A stretch of DNA of 60,795 nt from a virus. Its lineage: Duplodnaviria; Caudoviricetes. Positions within the stretch are counted from its first letter, which is position 1; every line of letters begins with the position of its first letter. The notes under the pieces are model-generated. The model searched no databases and was not told the DNA's origin. It saw nothing but the letters and a program-made list of their open reading frames with translations. The stretch lies in IMG/VR virus record IMGVR_UViG_3300038318_000336, positions 1 to 60,795 of that record; one strand, given 5' to 3'. The translations under genes were made by a program, and so were the position numbers. Of this stretch, positions 19,256 through 28,749 are shown in pieces.

Positions 19256-20104
19256 ATGCCGCGAACCCTGACTCCAGAATTGTTTGCTGAAAAAGAAAAA
19301 GAATTTAATTGCCCGGTAGAAATTTACCAGGTATATTTGGATGAACAGACATTATATTTTGCAATGTGCCCAAAAAACATTGAATTCTTTGATGAGCAGG
19401 GCAACTCAGCCACTTATTATGCAGCGGATCTTAGTCGTGCTGCTGTAAAAACAAACATAGAAACCAAAGTAGACCAGACAGAAGTTCAAATTAGCAATGT
19501 TAATCGTGAGATGTCGGCTTATATTGCAAATACCGATTTTCAAGGTCGCCGGTTGGTAATCTGGAAAGTGTTTCTTGGTTGTCTTGATGATCCAAATAAC
19601 TATGTTGTAATATTTGACGGTATCATGGACGAACCACGAGTAGATCAATATACTGTGGCCGTTACTGTTGTTTCGAAACTAGATACCCTTGACCGCGAAC
19701 TTCCGGGGCGAACATATGAAGTGCAATGTTCTTGGCCAAGCGGATTCGGAGGCGAAGAGTGCGGGAAGGTAATAGCACCAAAAAACGGGACGGTAGACAG
19801 CGTTTCTGTTGACAGGATGACAATCTATGATGCGGTGCTTACCGAGGTGGCTGGTTATTGGAAATTCGGGATGATAACAATTGGTAAGGAAAGCAGGGTA
19901 GTAACAGAGTCCGGGACTGGGTGTGTTAGAGTGGAATATCCATTTTATATTGAGGTGCCGGCAGGGACTGAATATATCTTGGAAGCCGGTTGTGATAAAG
20001 GGTTTGATACTGCTCATGGTTGCCAGTACTGGAATAATACAAATTATTATGGCGGGTTCTTGTCTATCCCGCGGATTAGGGATGTGAGAGAAGTTGCCAG
20101 GTGA
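19256..20104 (+). CDS. tail tip hub protein (gpL/DUF2163-BR0599-like)
   Basis: PGRTYEVQC.W...C, GCDK...C..WNN..YYGGF Fe-S-type Cys pattern. Confidence 0.85.
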   Translation: MPRTLTPELFAEKEKEFNCPVEIYQVYLDEQTLYFAMCPKNIEFFDEQGNSATYYAADLSRAAVKTNIETKVDQTEVQISNVNREMSAYIANTDFQGRRLVIWKVFLGCLDDPNNYVVIFDGIMDEPRVDQYTVAVTVVSKLDTLDRELPGRTYEVQCSWPSGFGGEECGKVIAPKNGTVDSVSVDRMTIYDAVLTEVAGYWKFGMITIGKESRVVTESGTGCVRVEYPFYIEVPAGTEYILEAGCDKGFDTAHGCQYWNNTNYYGGFLSIPRIRDVREVAR

Positions 20105-20516
20105 GATTAATGCCAGAAGGTATCTGGGCCTTCCGTTTAGGCATAATGGCAGAGATTTAAATGGGGTTGATTGTCTAGGTTTAATGCTTTTGATTTTAAA
20201 GGATGCAGGAATAGAACTTCCTAATGATGATGGCCAACCAATTAATCCGAAATGGTATAATACCGAACCAGAAAGATTTATTAAGGGGCTTGAACAATAT
20301 GGCCAGCGAATTAATATTACAGAACTACAACCACTTGATGTGGTCGTTTTTTGTTTTAAAGAAATACCGAGACACGCAGGAGTAATGATAAGTCGTAGCC
20401 ATTTTATCCACATTCGCGAGAATGATTGTTCGTCGGTAGTCCGGCTAAAAAGGTATAGCCGGTTTTTTTATGCGGCATACAGAATGACAGAGATAAAAAC
20501 GACACAAGGCAGGTGA
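20094..20516 (+). CDS. NlpC/P60 tail-tip peptidase (gpK-like)
   Basis: YLGLPF..NGRD.NGVDCLGL, HAGV, FIH. Confidence 0.9.
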   Translation: MPGEINARRYLGLPFRHNGRDLNGVDCLGLMLLILKDAGIELPNDDGQPINPKWYNTEPERFIKGLEQYGQRINITELQPLDVVVFCFKEIPRHAGVMISRSHFIHIRENDCSSVVRLKRYSRFFYAAYRMTEIKTTQGR

Positions 20517-20522
20517 GAAACT

Positions 20523-23219
20523 TTGAGTAGTGTAGCACAAGCAGCCGGAACTATTTTCGGGGGCCTTATTGGGTTTATTGTTGGCGGCCCTGCTGGAGCT
20601 GTCAAGGGTGCAGCTCTTGGGTACAGTTTGTTTGCACCTCGTTCAGGGTCAAGCCCTACATACTCATTTGGTTCTACCTACAATACTCGTAGCCATGAAC
20701 TTGCTGTGCCTGTGATTTACGGGCGTAACCGTGTAGCAGGCAATACAATATTCGAAAAGATATCAGGCGATAAAGATGAAAAAATAGCGTTGCAAATAGG
20801 TGTCTCTGAAGGCCCTATTAAATCAATTAATGAGATAAAGTGTAATGATATTGGGCTTATTGAGTTAGGGCTAGAGGTTGGAGGAATTTCTCATAGCGTT
20901 AAATTAGGAGAGAGGACTCAAACAGCAGATCCTATCAATGATCAAGGGCAAACCTTTCCTTACTTAGCTTACATTTCTGCTCAATTAACAGCAAATGAAT
21001 TTCTTTCAGGCAGCCCTACCATTACCTCCATCGTCGAAGGCAGAATAATAAAAGTATGGAACGGTAGCTCTTGGACAGAATCTTACAATAACAATCCCGC
21101 TTGGTGTATTCTTGATTTTCTTACCAACAACCGATATGGATTAGGCATTGATGAGCAGTTCATTGACCTGGACAGTTTTATTAACACAGCGGAGCATTGC
21201 AACGGTCTTGTCCCTGATGGCAATGGTGGTCAAGAAAAAAGGTTCCAGCTTGATTATGTGTTAGATGCCAAAAAATCTAGTTTAGACTATATAAAAGAAA
21301 TGCTGGCCACTTTTGCCGGGTTTCTCATATATTCTCAAGGAGAGATTCGCCTTAATACAGACGGGCCGGGGGCACCGACACAATACTTTGATATGGATAA
21401 TATCATTGAGAATTCTTTTTCTTATTCCAAAGCAAGCCGGAAAGACATATACAACCGAGTAAAAGTGCAATATATTGATCCGGATGAACATTGGGAGAAA
21501 ATTTTTGCTCAGTACAGTTTAGATAGTGATATTCGTAAAAATAGGATTAACGAGATAGAGATCCCGCTCTTAGGTATAAGCCGATTTTCTCAAGCCGGCA
21601 GAATGGCTAGATTCTACCAGAAGAAGTCCTGGTTTTGTAATACATTTTGCCAGTTTATGGTAGGCATAAATGATTTAGAGTGTGAAGCTGGAGATATTAT
21701 TGCTGTTACCCATGAAGCGCCGGGTTGGGTGGAGAAGGAATTCCGAGTATTAGAGATCCATGAATTAGAGAACGACGAAATGCGCCTGATTTGTCAGGAA
21801 TATAACATTGCAGTATATTCCGATGACGGAGTGGTACGGCAAATTAAAAAAGATACGGAATTACCAAATCCGTTTGCGTTCCCGGCCAGTGTTATGAATT
21901 TGTCTTTGATTGAACAGGCTAAAATTCTTGGCGACGGAACATGGGTGCCGGGAATTAAAGTAGCTTGGGACAAGCCGAACAATATTTTCTGGAGAGCGGG
22001 TCTTATCTATGTATCTAGCGATGAAGGCGCGACTTGGCATTTTATACAGCGGGTTGAAGGAACAGAATTTCTTATTGATAATTTGGCCCCGGGGACATAC
22101 AAGGTGCGGGTTGTCTCCGAAAACAACCACGGTATAAAACAGGATTTTAGCTTGGCGGCGACCGGACAGATCACTGTGGCTGGGAAGGATGTTGAACCCT
22201 CTGATGTCACCTGGGCAGATTGTTCTTTTATTGATAGGGTTATTTTGCGCTGGAATTCGGTACCGGATACAGATTTGGACGAGTACGAAGTTAGGTTTAA
22301 TGCCAATTTTGGCAGCGATGATGAGTTTTTGGTTTACCGGGGCAAAGGGTTGAGCTTTACGTTAGACAGGCCAGCGCAACGGCAATATACGTTTTATATG
22401 AAGGCAAAAGACCGATCGGGGAACTACAGTAAAAACGCGACGCCGAAAATTGTAGAGAATGCCGTTCCGTCTACTCCGCCCCAACCAATTATCACTGAGT
22501 TTTTCAGCTCACTTTGGATAGAAATACGGCCCGTTTCCGATAACGACATCCTCGGTTACAACCTATACATGACACCTTGCGACGCTCAAGGCAATCCGAA
22601 CGGCGACACGCAGGTAACAACGTACCCGACACCTCAGCGAATCACCTACCAGGCCGAGGTCAAAAGCTCATTCCTGGTTCAAGTGGCGGCATTCGACATA
22701 TTAGGCGAAGGGGAAAAGTGCGCTCCTGTCTTGGCCCGGACGCGGACCATTGATGAAGTGGCGGCTTTTGCGCAAAACGTAACATTCCCGAAGATTGTGG
22801 ATGAGTTGCCGGAATTACCGAGTGATGAATACCCGGCAGATAGCTTGGTGGTACTGTCTACAGACCATCAGCTCTACAGATCGACCGGCACAGAATGGGA
22901 CAACAGCGTCTCGACCGAACAATTAGTAGGCAAAATCACCGCTGGCATGATCGCCGCTGGGGCTATTGGTGCAGCAGAAATTGCGGCGCAGTCTTTGGTA
23001 GCTGATCATTTCGCGGCCGGGAGCATTGAGGCTTATGTGGCGGCGGTAAAAGAGGCTTTTATCGATAGCGCGAAAATTATTAGCATTGAGGCAGACAAAA
23101 TCAAAGTCGGCGGCAGTTCCGCCCCCATCCCCCTAGCCATCAGCCCAACCGACACACTATTTCGCTTTGACGGCTCCCTGCTCAGCACTCAAGGTTTAAA
23201 GCCTCTAGGAATGGAGTGA
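20523..23219 (+). CDS. central tail fibre/host-specificity protein (gpJ-like, FN3 domains)
   Basis: VPVIYGRNRVAGN, NNPAWCILDFLTNNRYGLG, FN3-like repeats, AGAIGAAEIAA coil. Confidence 0.9.
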   Translation: MSSVAQAAGTIFGGLIGFIVGGPAGAVKGAALGYSLFAPRSGSSPTYSFGSTYNTRSHELAVPVIYGRNRVAGNTIFEKISGDKDEKIALQIGVSEGPIKSINEIKCNDIGLIELGLEVGGISHSVKLGERTQTADPINDQGQTFPYLAYISAQLTANEFLSGSPTITSIVEGRIIKVWNGSSWTESYNNNPAWCILDFLTNNRYGLGIDEQFIDLDSFINTAEHCNGLVPDGNGGQEKRFQLDYVLDAKKSSLDYIKEMLATFAGFLIYSQGEIRLNTDGPGAPTQYFDMDNIIENSFSYSKASRKDIYNRVKVQYIDPDEHWEKIFAQYSLDSDIRKNRINEIEIPLLGISRFSQAGRMARFYQKKSWFCNTFCQFMVGINDLECEAGDIIAVTHEAPGWVEKEFRVLEIHELENDEMRLICQEYNIAVYSDDGVVRQIKKDTELPNPFAFPASVMNLSLIEQAKILGDGTWVPGIKVAWDKPNNIFWRAGLIYVSSDEGATWHFIQRVEGTEFLIDNLAPGTYKVRVVSENNHGIKQDFSLAATGQITVAGKDVEPSDVTWADCSFIDRVILRWNSVPDTDLDEYEVRFNANFGSDDEFLVYRGKGLSFTLDRPAQRQYTFYMKAKDRSGNYSKNATPKIVENAVPSTPPQPIITEFFSSLWIEIRPVSDNDILGYNLYMTPCDAQGNPNGDTQVTTYPTPQRITYQAEVKSSFLVQVAAFDILGEGEKCAPVLARTRTIDEVAAFAQNVTFPKIVDELPELPSDEYPADSLVVLSTDHQLYRSTGTEWDNSVSTEQLVGKITAGMIAAGAIGAAEIAAQSLVADHFAAGSIEAYVAAVKEAFIDSAKIISIEADKIKVGGSSAPIPLAISPTDTLFRFDGSLLSTQGLKPLGME

Positions 23220-23223
23220 TAAC

Positions 23224-24774
23224 ATGGCATTAGTACGAACAGATTACGGATTAATTTACAATGATGATGGCTCCCTTTGTGCTACCCTGCTTCCTGAAGG
23301 TGGGGTGGCGGTGGAAGAGGGGACGGAGAATCTAATTCCAGTAGCTAATCAGCTATTTAAATATGGAGTGGGCTGGTCTACATATATGGATTCTGCAGCA
23401 ATTGTTACACAAGATATTGTTGTGCCAGAATGGAGAACTAATAAAGCTACAAGGTTACAACTTAGTGGTGGAACTAACCGGATTAAATATTATGGAGTAG
23501 TTTCTACAGACACAGCCTACTTAGATAATAAAACTTTCGCGGTCCAAGTTTTAGTTAAAAACATAGGTCAAAAAACAGTAGAAGTTGGTGCTAATAGAGG
23601 GTTTATCACAGACAATGTTTTGCCTGGAGAAGTTAAAAAAGTAAAATTAATAGTACCCGCAATTGTCAGTGGAAGCCATTTACAGATCCAATTTAGAACA
23701 TTAGAGATAGAGGATTCATTAGACCTTATTGTATACCAACCAATGGCAGAGGAGGGGTCTTATTGCACCTCCTTCACCGAAGGCACTCGTCTCCCTGGGG
23801 CGTTACCTTATTCGACATCTGTCATAAGTGGCATGAATGAAATTGCAGTATTAATAAAGGCAAAAAGGCCAGTGCACTCACAAGCCATTAGCTATCTTTT
23901 TAGTGCTTCTACCGATCCGTTGCAAAGTCCATACGCAAATACATTTGTCCTGCGTACAACAGAACCCACTAATGGGTTATACTTTTGGACAGTAGATCCT
24001 TTGGGGGAAAATAGCGATCAGCTTGGTGTTAGAGATATATGGCTAGATGATGAAGACCACGATATTGTTGTTTATATGAATCACAATCCAGCTCCTGGTA
24101 GACATAAAAAAGAACTTTATTTTGATGGGGAATTAATAGGATATGCCGATCCTGCCTCGCTTCCGGATTTATCTGCGATAGACCATTTCAACATTGGAAC
24201 GTGGGGGAGTAAAACAATGTGGTGGGGCAGTCCCATTAAAATGTTTTGTATCAAACCCACTTGTACACTAGAACAGGTCAAAGCCTGGCACTCCCTGGAC
24301 GCCCCGTTTTTTGACCCGAGGGAGCAGATTGATGCTGGGGCGAGGCCTGTTAGCGTCCAAGGAACAGGCGGTTCTCTCACTATCAACAACCAAGGTGAAA
24401 AGTGGGTACGCGCAAGTGATGGTAAGGCTATGTACTTTTTCGATGTAAATAACGGCGATGCAGAGTATGCGGGGAGACTAGTGGCCGGAGATGGTAGGAT
24501 CGTGTCCGATGAAGATAGTTTAAGAACCTATGATAAGCCATATACGGACCCTACTGCTATAAAACAAGTAGAGATTGGGACAGATGGAGCATTAACATTC
24601 GGTGCTGGCGCTGGTCGAGCAGATGCGCAAGGCCTACTATTATATGACATTTCCGATCCTAACAACCCCAAAATTATGGTTAGACTTGTTGGCGAAACTG
24701 GTTCCGCAGATTTTGAGGGTATGGTAAAAGCTAAAACTCTAGTAATTCCGGTTGGCACGAATAGGTGGGGATAA
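23224..24774 (+). CDS. tail fibre/receptor-binding protein with CBM- and LamG-like domains
   Basis: VAVEEGTENL, QPMAEEGSYCTSF, LYFDGELIG..FNIG motifs. Confidence 0.75.
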   Translation: MALVRTDYGLIYNDDGSLCATLLPEGGVAVEEGTENLIPVANQLFKYGVGWSTYMDSAAIVTQDIVVPEWRTNKATRLQLSGGTNRIKYYGVVSTDTAYLDNKTFAVQVLVKNIGQKTVEVGANRGFITDNVLPGEVKKVKLIVPAIVSGSHLQIQFRTLEIEDSLDLIVYQPMAEEGSYCTSFTEGTRLPGALPYSTSVISGMNEIAVLIKAKRPVHSQAISYLFSASTDPLQSPYANTFVLRTTEPTNGLYFWTVDPLGENSDQLGVRDIWLDDEDHDIVVYMNHNPAPGRHKKELYFDGELIGYADPASLPDLSAIDHFNIGTWGSKTMWWGSPIKMFCIKPTCTLEQVKAWHSLDAPFFDPREQIDAGARPVSVQGTGGSLTINNQGEKWVRASDGKAMYFFDVNNGDAEYAGRLVAGDGRIVSDEDSLRTYDKPYTDPTAIKQVEIGTDGALTFGAGAGRADAQGLLLYDISDPNNPKIMVRLVGETGSADFEGMVKAKTLVIPVGTNRWG

Positions 24775-24775
24775 C

Positions 24776-25681
24776 ATGAGTGCATATTTCGAAGTAAAAG
24801 GAACTGATATTAAGTGGGAGTACAACGGAAAGTTATATAGTATTACAGGCAACGATGTGGGGGTAGTGGCTGGAAGCCCTGGGAGCATATGGGTAGAGGG
24901 AAATTATCTTGCATATATTGATGAGCTTAATCACAAAAGATTATATTATATTGATCCTACAGGGGTTTTCCCAACCGCTGCTATTCCGGGAGCAATTTTT
25001 GTTAACCAAAACGACAGCATGCTAAGGATAGTTAATTCCTCAAAGGAAGTTAGAATTACCAATCACTCTGATCACAGTGATACATCGGCAATAAATAAAA
25101 CAAAGTATAATGATAGCGATGCTCATAGTGACACTATTATAGTGGATATTCCTCATGCTGACGAAACATATTATAGTGATACTATACCTATTCATGATGA
25201 TTATTCGCCACCATATAGCAATCATTCAGATTATAGTGATACACCTTATTCTGATACACATTCAGATACACCTTACAAAGATTTACCAACATATACAGAT
25301 CACAGCAATTATACCGACCAGCATTATGATGATGTTTATACCGATTATTCTCAACATAACGATGTGGTTCATCATTTCGATGAAACATATACAGACCATA
25401 GTAATTATACTGATCAACATTATGATGATACATATACAGATCATCACAACACTCCTCATAGCGACACCCACAGTGATGCCGCTCATTCTGACAGTGGGGG
25501 GTACACAGATTATACAGATGGGATATATGCAAATTGGACTGATTCCTTGCCCGGCCCAGACCCCCATGCGGACAGAATTTATTCAGATCATTCCGATTGG
25601 GTAAATGAGTCTCATAGTGATTGGAGTGATTATTATAAAAGTGTACAACATTTAGATACTCCTAGAATTCAACAATTATAA
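24776..25681 (+). CDS. tail-module protein with ~40 [HYW]-x-[DN] tripeptide repeats; candidate radical SAM substrate
   Basis: ATG 1 nt after upstream stop, AGGTGGGG RBS; ~95-aa beta-rich N-domain then HSD/YSD/YTD/HAD/WSD array. Confidence 0.85.
   Translation: MSAYFEVKGTDIKWEYNGKLYSITGNDVGVVAGSPGSIWVEGNYLAYIDELNHKRLYYIDPTGVFPTAAIPGAIFVNQNDSMLRIVNSSKEVRITNHSDHSDTSAINKTKYNDSDAHSDTIIVDIPHADETYYSDTIPIHDDYSPPYSNHSDYSDTPYSDTHSDTPYKDLPTYTDHSNYTDQHYDDVYTDYSQHNDVVHHFDETYTDHSNYTDQHYDDTYTDHHNTPHSDTHSDAAHSDSGGYTDYTDGIYANWTDSLPGPDPHADRIYSDHSDWVNESHSDWSDYYKSVQHLDTPRIQQL
25289..25441 (+). repeat. 57-bp internal duplication (TYTDHSNYTDQHYDDxYTD x2)
   Basis: copies at 25289-25345 and 25385-25441; 7 synonymous codon differences and 1 non-synonymous. 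Confidence 0.9.
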
Positions 25682-25695
25682 GGAGGAAACGTGCA

Positions 25696-26997
25696 TTGAG
25701 TGTTTTGGTAAAACCTGAATTAAAATGTAATATGCAGTGTAAATATTGTTACGAACAAGATACGAGACACTGGCAAAGCGATATTGGCGTGGACGTAGAT
25801 AAGGCTATTAAACAAGCGGAAACAATTTATGAGTGCGAAGGAAGAGGAAACTCTATTTGTGCACATGGAGGCGAACCCTTGCTTTTACCTAAGACAGAAT
25901 TAGAAAAAATATTGCAACTAGCACATGAAAAAACAGGATACAGTTCAATACAAACAAACGGGACATTAATTGATGAGGATCATATTAAGATGTTTAAACA
26001 ATACAAGACTGGGGTAGGAATTAGTATTGACGGTAGATGGCCGCTAAATGAATACCGCTGGGCTGGTAGTGAGAAAAAAACAAAAGAAATGACAGAAAAA
26101 ACAATTGCAAATATATATAGACTTGTTAAGGAAGGGGTTGCCCCTGGATTAATTATAGTAATATCAAAAGCAAACGGAACAAAAGAACGATTACCGGTTC
26201 TTAAAGGCTTCTTACAGGAAATGTGTAATGTTGGGGTCGCTTCAATTCGCCTAAATTTAGCTATTTCAGACAAGTGTGGTCTTGCGCCAGAAGAAGCAAA
26301 AGAGACATACTTGGAGCTTTGCAAGTATACGCTAGAAGATTCGAAACGAGCATATCTTCCGTTTCGTGATATGGTAGATAATTTGCTTGGTTTAGGTATG
26401 GGGACGTGTGTTTTTACCAAATGTGATTTTTATCATACGGAAGCAGCGAGAGTTGTCCTTGGGGATGGATCGAGAACGTGTTGCCTGAAAACCGCAGGCA
26501 GCGATCGGCCTTTTATATGGGATTCTCAGTGTTCGGATATAAGATATCAAATTTTAGGCTCTATCCCAAGAGATGAAGGTGGATGTAGTGATTGCAGGTA
26601 TTGGCGGGTATGTTATGGATTTTGCCCATCGGAGACACCAGGAGGAGATTGGCGAAACCGGGCAATATATTGCGAAGCGTATTATGCTTGTTTCAAATAT
26701 ATAGAGAACCGATTAAAAGGGATATTGCCAAATGTGGTTTTGGTTCCGGGGGTTGAAGTTGAAGATGAACAAAAAGACTATCATGAACGCAAAGGGAATT
26801 GCTGGCACATTGAGCCTTTTAAATCGATGAGCCTATCTGCTGAGACAAGGAATCCGTCTACGTGGAAAGAAACGGCCAGACAAATGGTGTACCAAAATAA
26901 CAGCAAAGGCCTTCAATTCGAAAAATACAAACAGGCTATACCAGGTAAACCTGGATACTACCACGCAGACCATGCAGACCAAGGAGGGTGTAAATAA
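25696..26997 (+). CDS. radical SAM/SPASM domain protein (peptide-maturase type)
   Basis: CNMQCKYC, HGGEPLL, IQTNGTLI, GISIDG; SPASM Cys set CVFTKC...CC...CSDCRYWRVCYGFC...YC; AGGAGG RBS with TTG start. Confidence 0.95.
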   Translation: MSVLVKPELKCNMQCKYCYEQDTRHWQSDIGVDVDKAIKQAETIYECEGRGNSICAHGGEPLLLPKTELEKILQLAHEKTGYSSIQTNGTLIDEDHIKMFKQYKTGVGISIDGRWPLNEYRWAGSEKKTKEMTEKTIANIYRLVKEGVAPGLIIVISKANGTKERLPVLKGFLQEMCNVGVASIRLNLAISDKCGLAPEEAKETYLELCKYTLEDSKRAYLPFRDMVDNLLGLGMGTCVFTKCDFYHTEAARVVLGDGSRTCCLKTAGSDRPFIWDSQCSDIRYQILGSIPRDEGGCSDCRYWRVCYGFCPSETPGGDWRNRAIYCEAYYACFKYIENRLKGILPNVVLVPGVEVEDEQKDYHERKGNCWHIEPFKSMSLSAETRNPSTWKETARQMVYQNNSKGLQFEKYKQAIPGKPGYYHADHADQGGCK

Positions 26998-26998
26998 A

Positions 26999-27826
26999 AT
27001 GGAACTTACTCAGATGGCGGATTTGTTTCCTTTTACACGTGTTATTTATAATTCTCCAAAAGCACAGGAGATATGGGAACCAAAAATAAAAAGAGCTTCA
27101 TCCATTCACAACGAAGCAGAATTTGAAATGGTTAGGATGGGATATCGACGAGCTGCTACTCTGCATATTTCTCCATATGATTACGAGAAAAGTATAGAAA
27201 AAATCATCAGAAACGGATTGGCATGGCTGCCGATTCAACGAACAAAGAATTATAATGGTTTTTCTCATAAACATTTTCCGACAGACCCGGAAGATCCGGA
27301 TTCTTCTGTTTACGGGGTATTGGCTAAAACCATAGAAGATGCAGAAATGTTTCGAAATGCTTCACGTGGACAAGCAACAGATCATAATATAATAGGAGAG
27401 TTGCTTGGATTCCCTCAATGTTGTAGAGATTTCTTTGACACCGTTTGGATGGCCGGATATATTGATCCAATTTGGCAAGCAGCAGAAAAGACAGAAGGCG
27501 CTGAAAAATTATCTGATACCCATATAATATTAAAGAAAATATATCCTGAAGCAATGCAAGCTTTTAGATATATAGGGCCACGAATAACTTCCCATTTGTC
27601 TTGCTCTTTTACATGCGAAGAAAGCAAAAAGGAAGGCCAAAAGTGGATAGAGTGTATGGAAAAGTTTGATGCTGAAGGGTTGCAAGCTATGATGAATATA
27701 TTGACGTTGCCATTTAAATGGTCTGTAAAATGGGGAGTTGCCATTATCTCTACCCCGCATTTCCGGATAATAACAAATTCCATGGCAGCCAAAAAAGAGT
27801 ACATCATTGAGTATATACCACAATAA
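26999..27826 (+). CDS. DUF483-like Cys-motif protein, partner of the radical SAM gene
   Basis: IGELLGFPQCCRDFF and SHLSCSFTCEES motifs; ATG 1 nt after rSAM stop. Confidence 0.6.
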   Translation: MELTQMADLFPFTRVIYNSPKAQEIWEPKIKRASSIHNEAEFEMVRMGYRRAATLHISPYDYEKSIEKIIRNGLAWLPIQRTKNYNGFSHKHFPTDPEDPDSSVYGVLAKTIEDAEMFRNASRGQATDHNIIGELLGFPQCCRDFFDTVWMAGYIDPIWQAAEKTEGAEKLSDTHIILKKIYPEAMQAFRYIGPRITSHLSCSFTCEESKKEGQKWIECMEKFDAEGLQAMMNILTLPFKWSVKWGVAIISTPHFRIITNSMAAKKEYIIEYIPQ

Positions 27827-27873
27827 GTAAAAAGAGTATATAAAATAAAGTAATGTTGTTTTGTTAGTTAAAA

Positions 27874-27882
27874 TGGTATAAT
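27874..27882 (+). promoter_or_regulatory. extended -10 promoter of lipoprotein moron
   Basis: TGGTATAAT just upstream of AAAGGAGG RBS. Confidence 0.6.
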
Positions 27883-27905
27883 ATGTATAGAAAGGAGGAT
27901 GAAAA

Positions 27906-28724
27906 ATGAAATTAAAGAAAATATGGATTTTATTGTTGTGTTTAGTTGTTCTATTTAATTTTACGGCATGTAAAAGCAAGAAAAAAACCGGAGAAGGGAC
28001 ACTTCGTGTTGTCATCAATTGGGAAGAGTTTGCAACAATGAAAAGCGGACAAAAAACACTCACTAATTTAGTAGGATTTAGAGCTGGCGAGATTCCAGAA
28101 GACACAAGTATTGTAACTCATACTGGCGTTCGAGTGGTATATCCTGATGAAAACGCAGCTTATTCCCAAAGTGTAACGAGAGAGATTGCAGAAACACAAG
28201 GGATAATAACTTTGCAAATTCCTGCTACAACCAATGCGAAAATGTATGTTGTGGCAATTCATGGTTCGGAAACGGCTGAGAACAGAAGAGCTTTACAGTT
28301 AGGATATGTTGATGCTCTTACAATTCTAGAAGATAATATAACTACAATTACTATGTTTGATATTGATTGGACTACCGCAACATGGTACCCAGGAGAAGAT
28401 TATACAGAATATCAAAATGGATTAATTGCATCTAAAGAGATTAAAAGATTTATTTTCCCGATTTATGTTAGCGATCCGTTCCAAGTCGGGGAAGATGTTA
28501 CTCACGAACAAGCGATTATAAAAGTACTAGGAAGAAATAGTTGCCAGGAAAACATTAACGGCTGGAGACGATATGACATATCCCATGAAAATACTGCTAT
28601 TGGGGTAGAATATACTGGAACATATACTTTTCAGCCTTACCTTGGTTCGTTGTTTTTTAATTTACCTGAAGGTTTATATTTAATAGAACCTATTGTAGAT
28701 AGATACACGGTAACTTGGCAGTAA
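27906..28724 (+). CDS. lipoprotein moron
   Basis: MKLKK + hydrophobic stretch + lipobox-like FTAC; own promoter and terminator. Confidence 0.8.
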   Translation: MKLKKIWILLLCLVVLFNFTACKSKKKTGEGTLRVVINWEEFATMKSGQKTLTNLVGFRAGEIPEDTSIVTHTGVRVVYPDENAAYSQSVTREIAETQGIITLQIPATTNAKMYVVAIHGSETAENRRALQLGYVDALTILEDNITTITMFDIDWTTATWYPGEDYTEYQNGLIASKEIKRFIFPIYVSDPFQVGEDVTHEQAIIKVLGRNSCQENINGWRRYDISHENTAIGVEYTGTYTFQPYLGSLFFNLPEGLYLIEPIVDRYTVTWQ

Positions 28725-28749
28725 ATAGTAGAATACAGAACTCCCAACC

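Noticed and set aside
25040-25604. Ile/Met-rich ORFs in other frames (25155-25604 +, 25188-25532 -, 25283-25567 -, 25040-25225 -)
   Set aside because: Shadows of the His/Tyr/Asp repeat; the synonymous-change pattern and RBS support only the 24776 frame.
24776-25681. Classical His-Xaa-Ser (HxsA-type) system or a secreted RiPP
   Set aside because: Third residue is Asp/Asn not Ser, there is only one rSAM, and no peptidase or exporter is adjacent.
25696-26997. Anaerobic sulfatase maturase or cofactor/7-deazaguanine (QueE) role for the radical SAM gene
   Set aside because: No sulfatase and no queC/queD/folE/dpdA genes in the window; context is a repeat protein in the tail module.
20523-27826. 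Diversity-generating retroelement acting on tail fibres
   Set aside because: No reverse transcriptase in the window; differences between the duplicated units are not adenine-specific.
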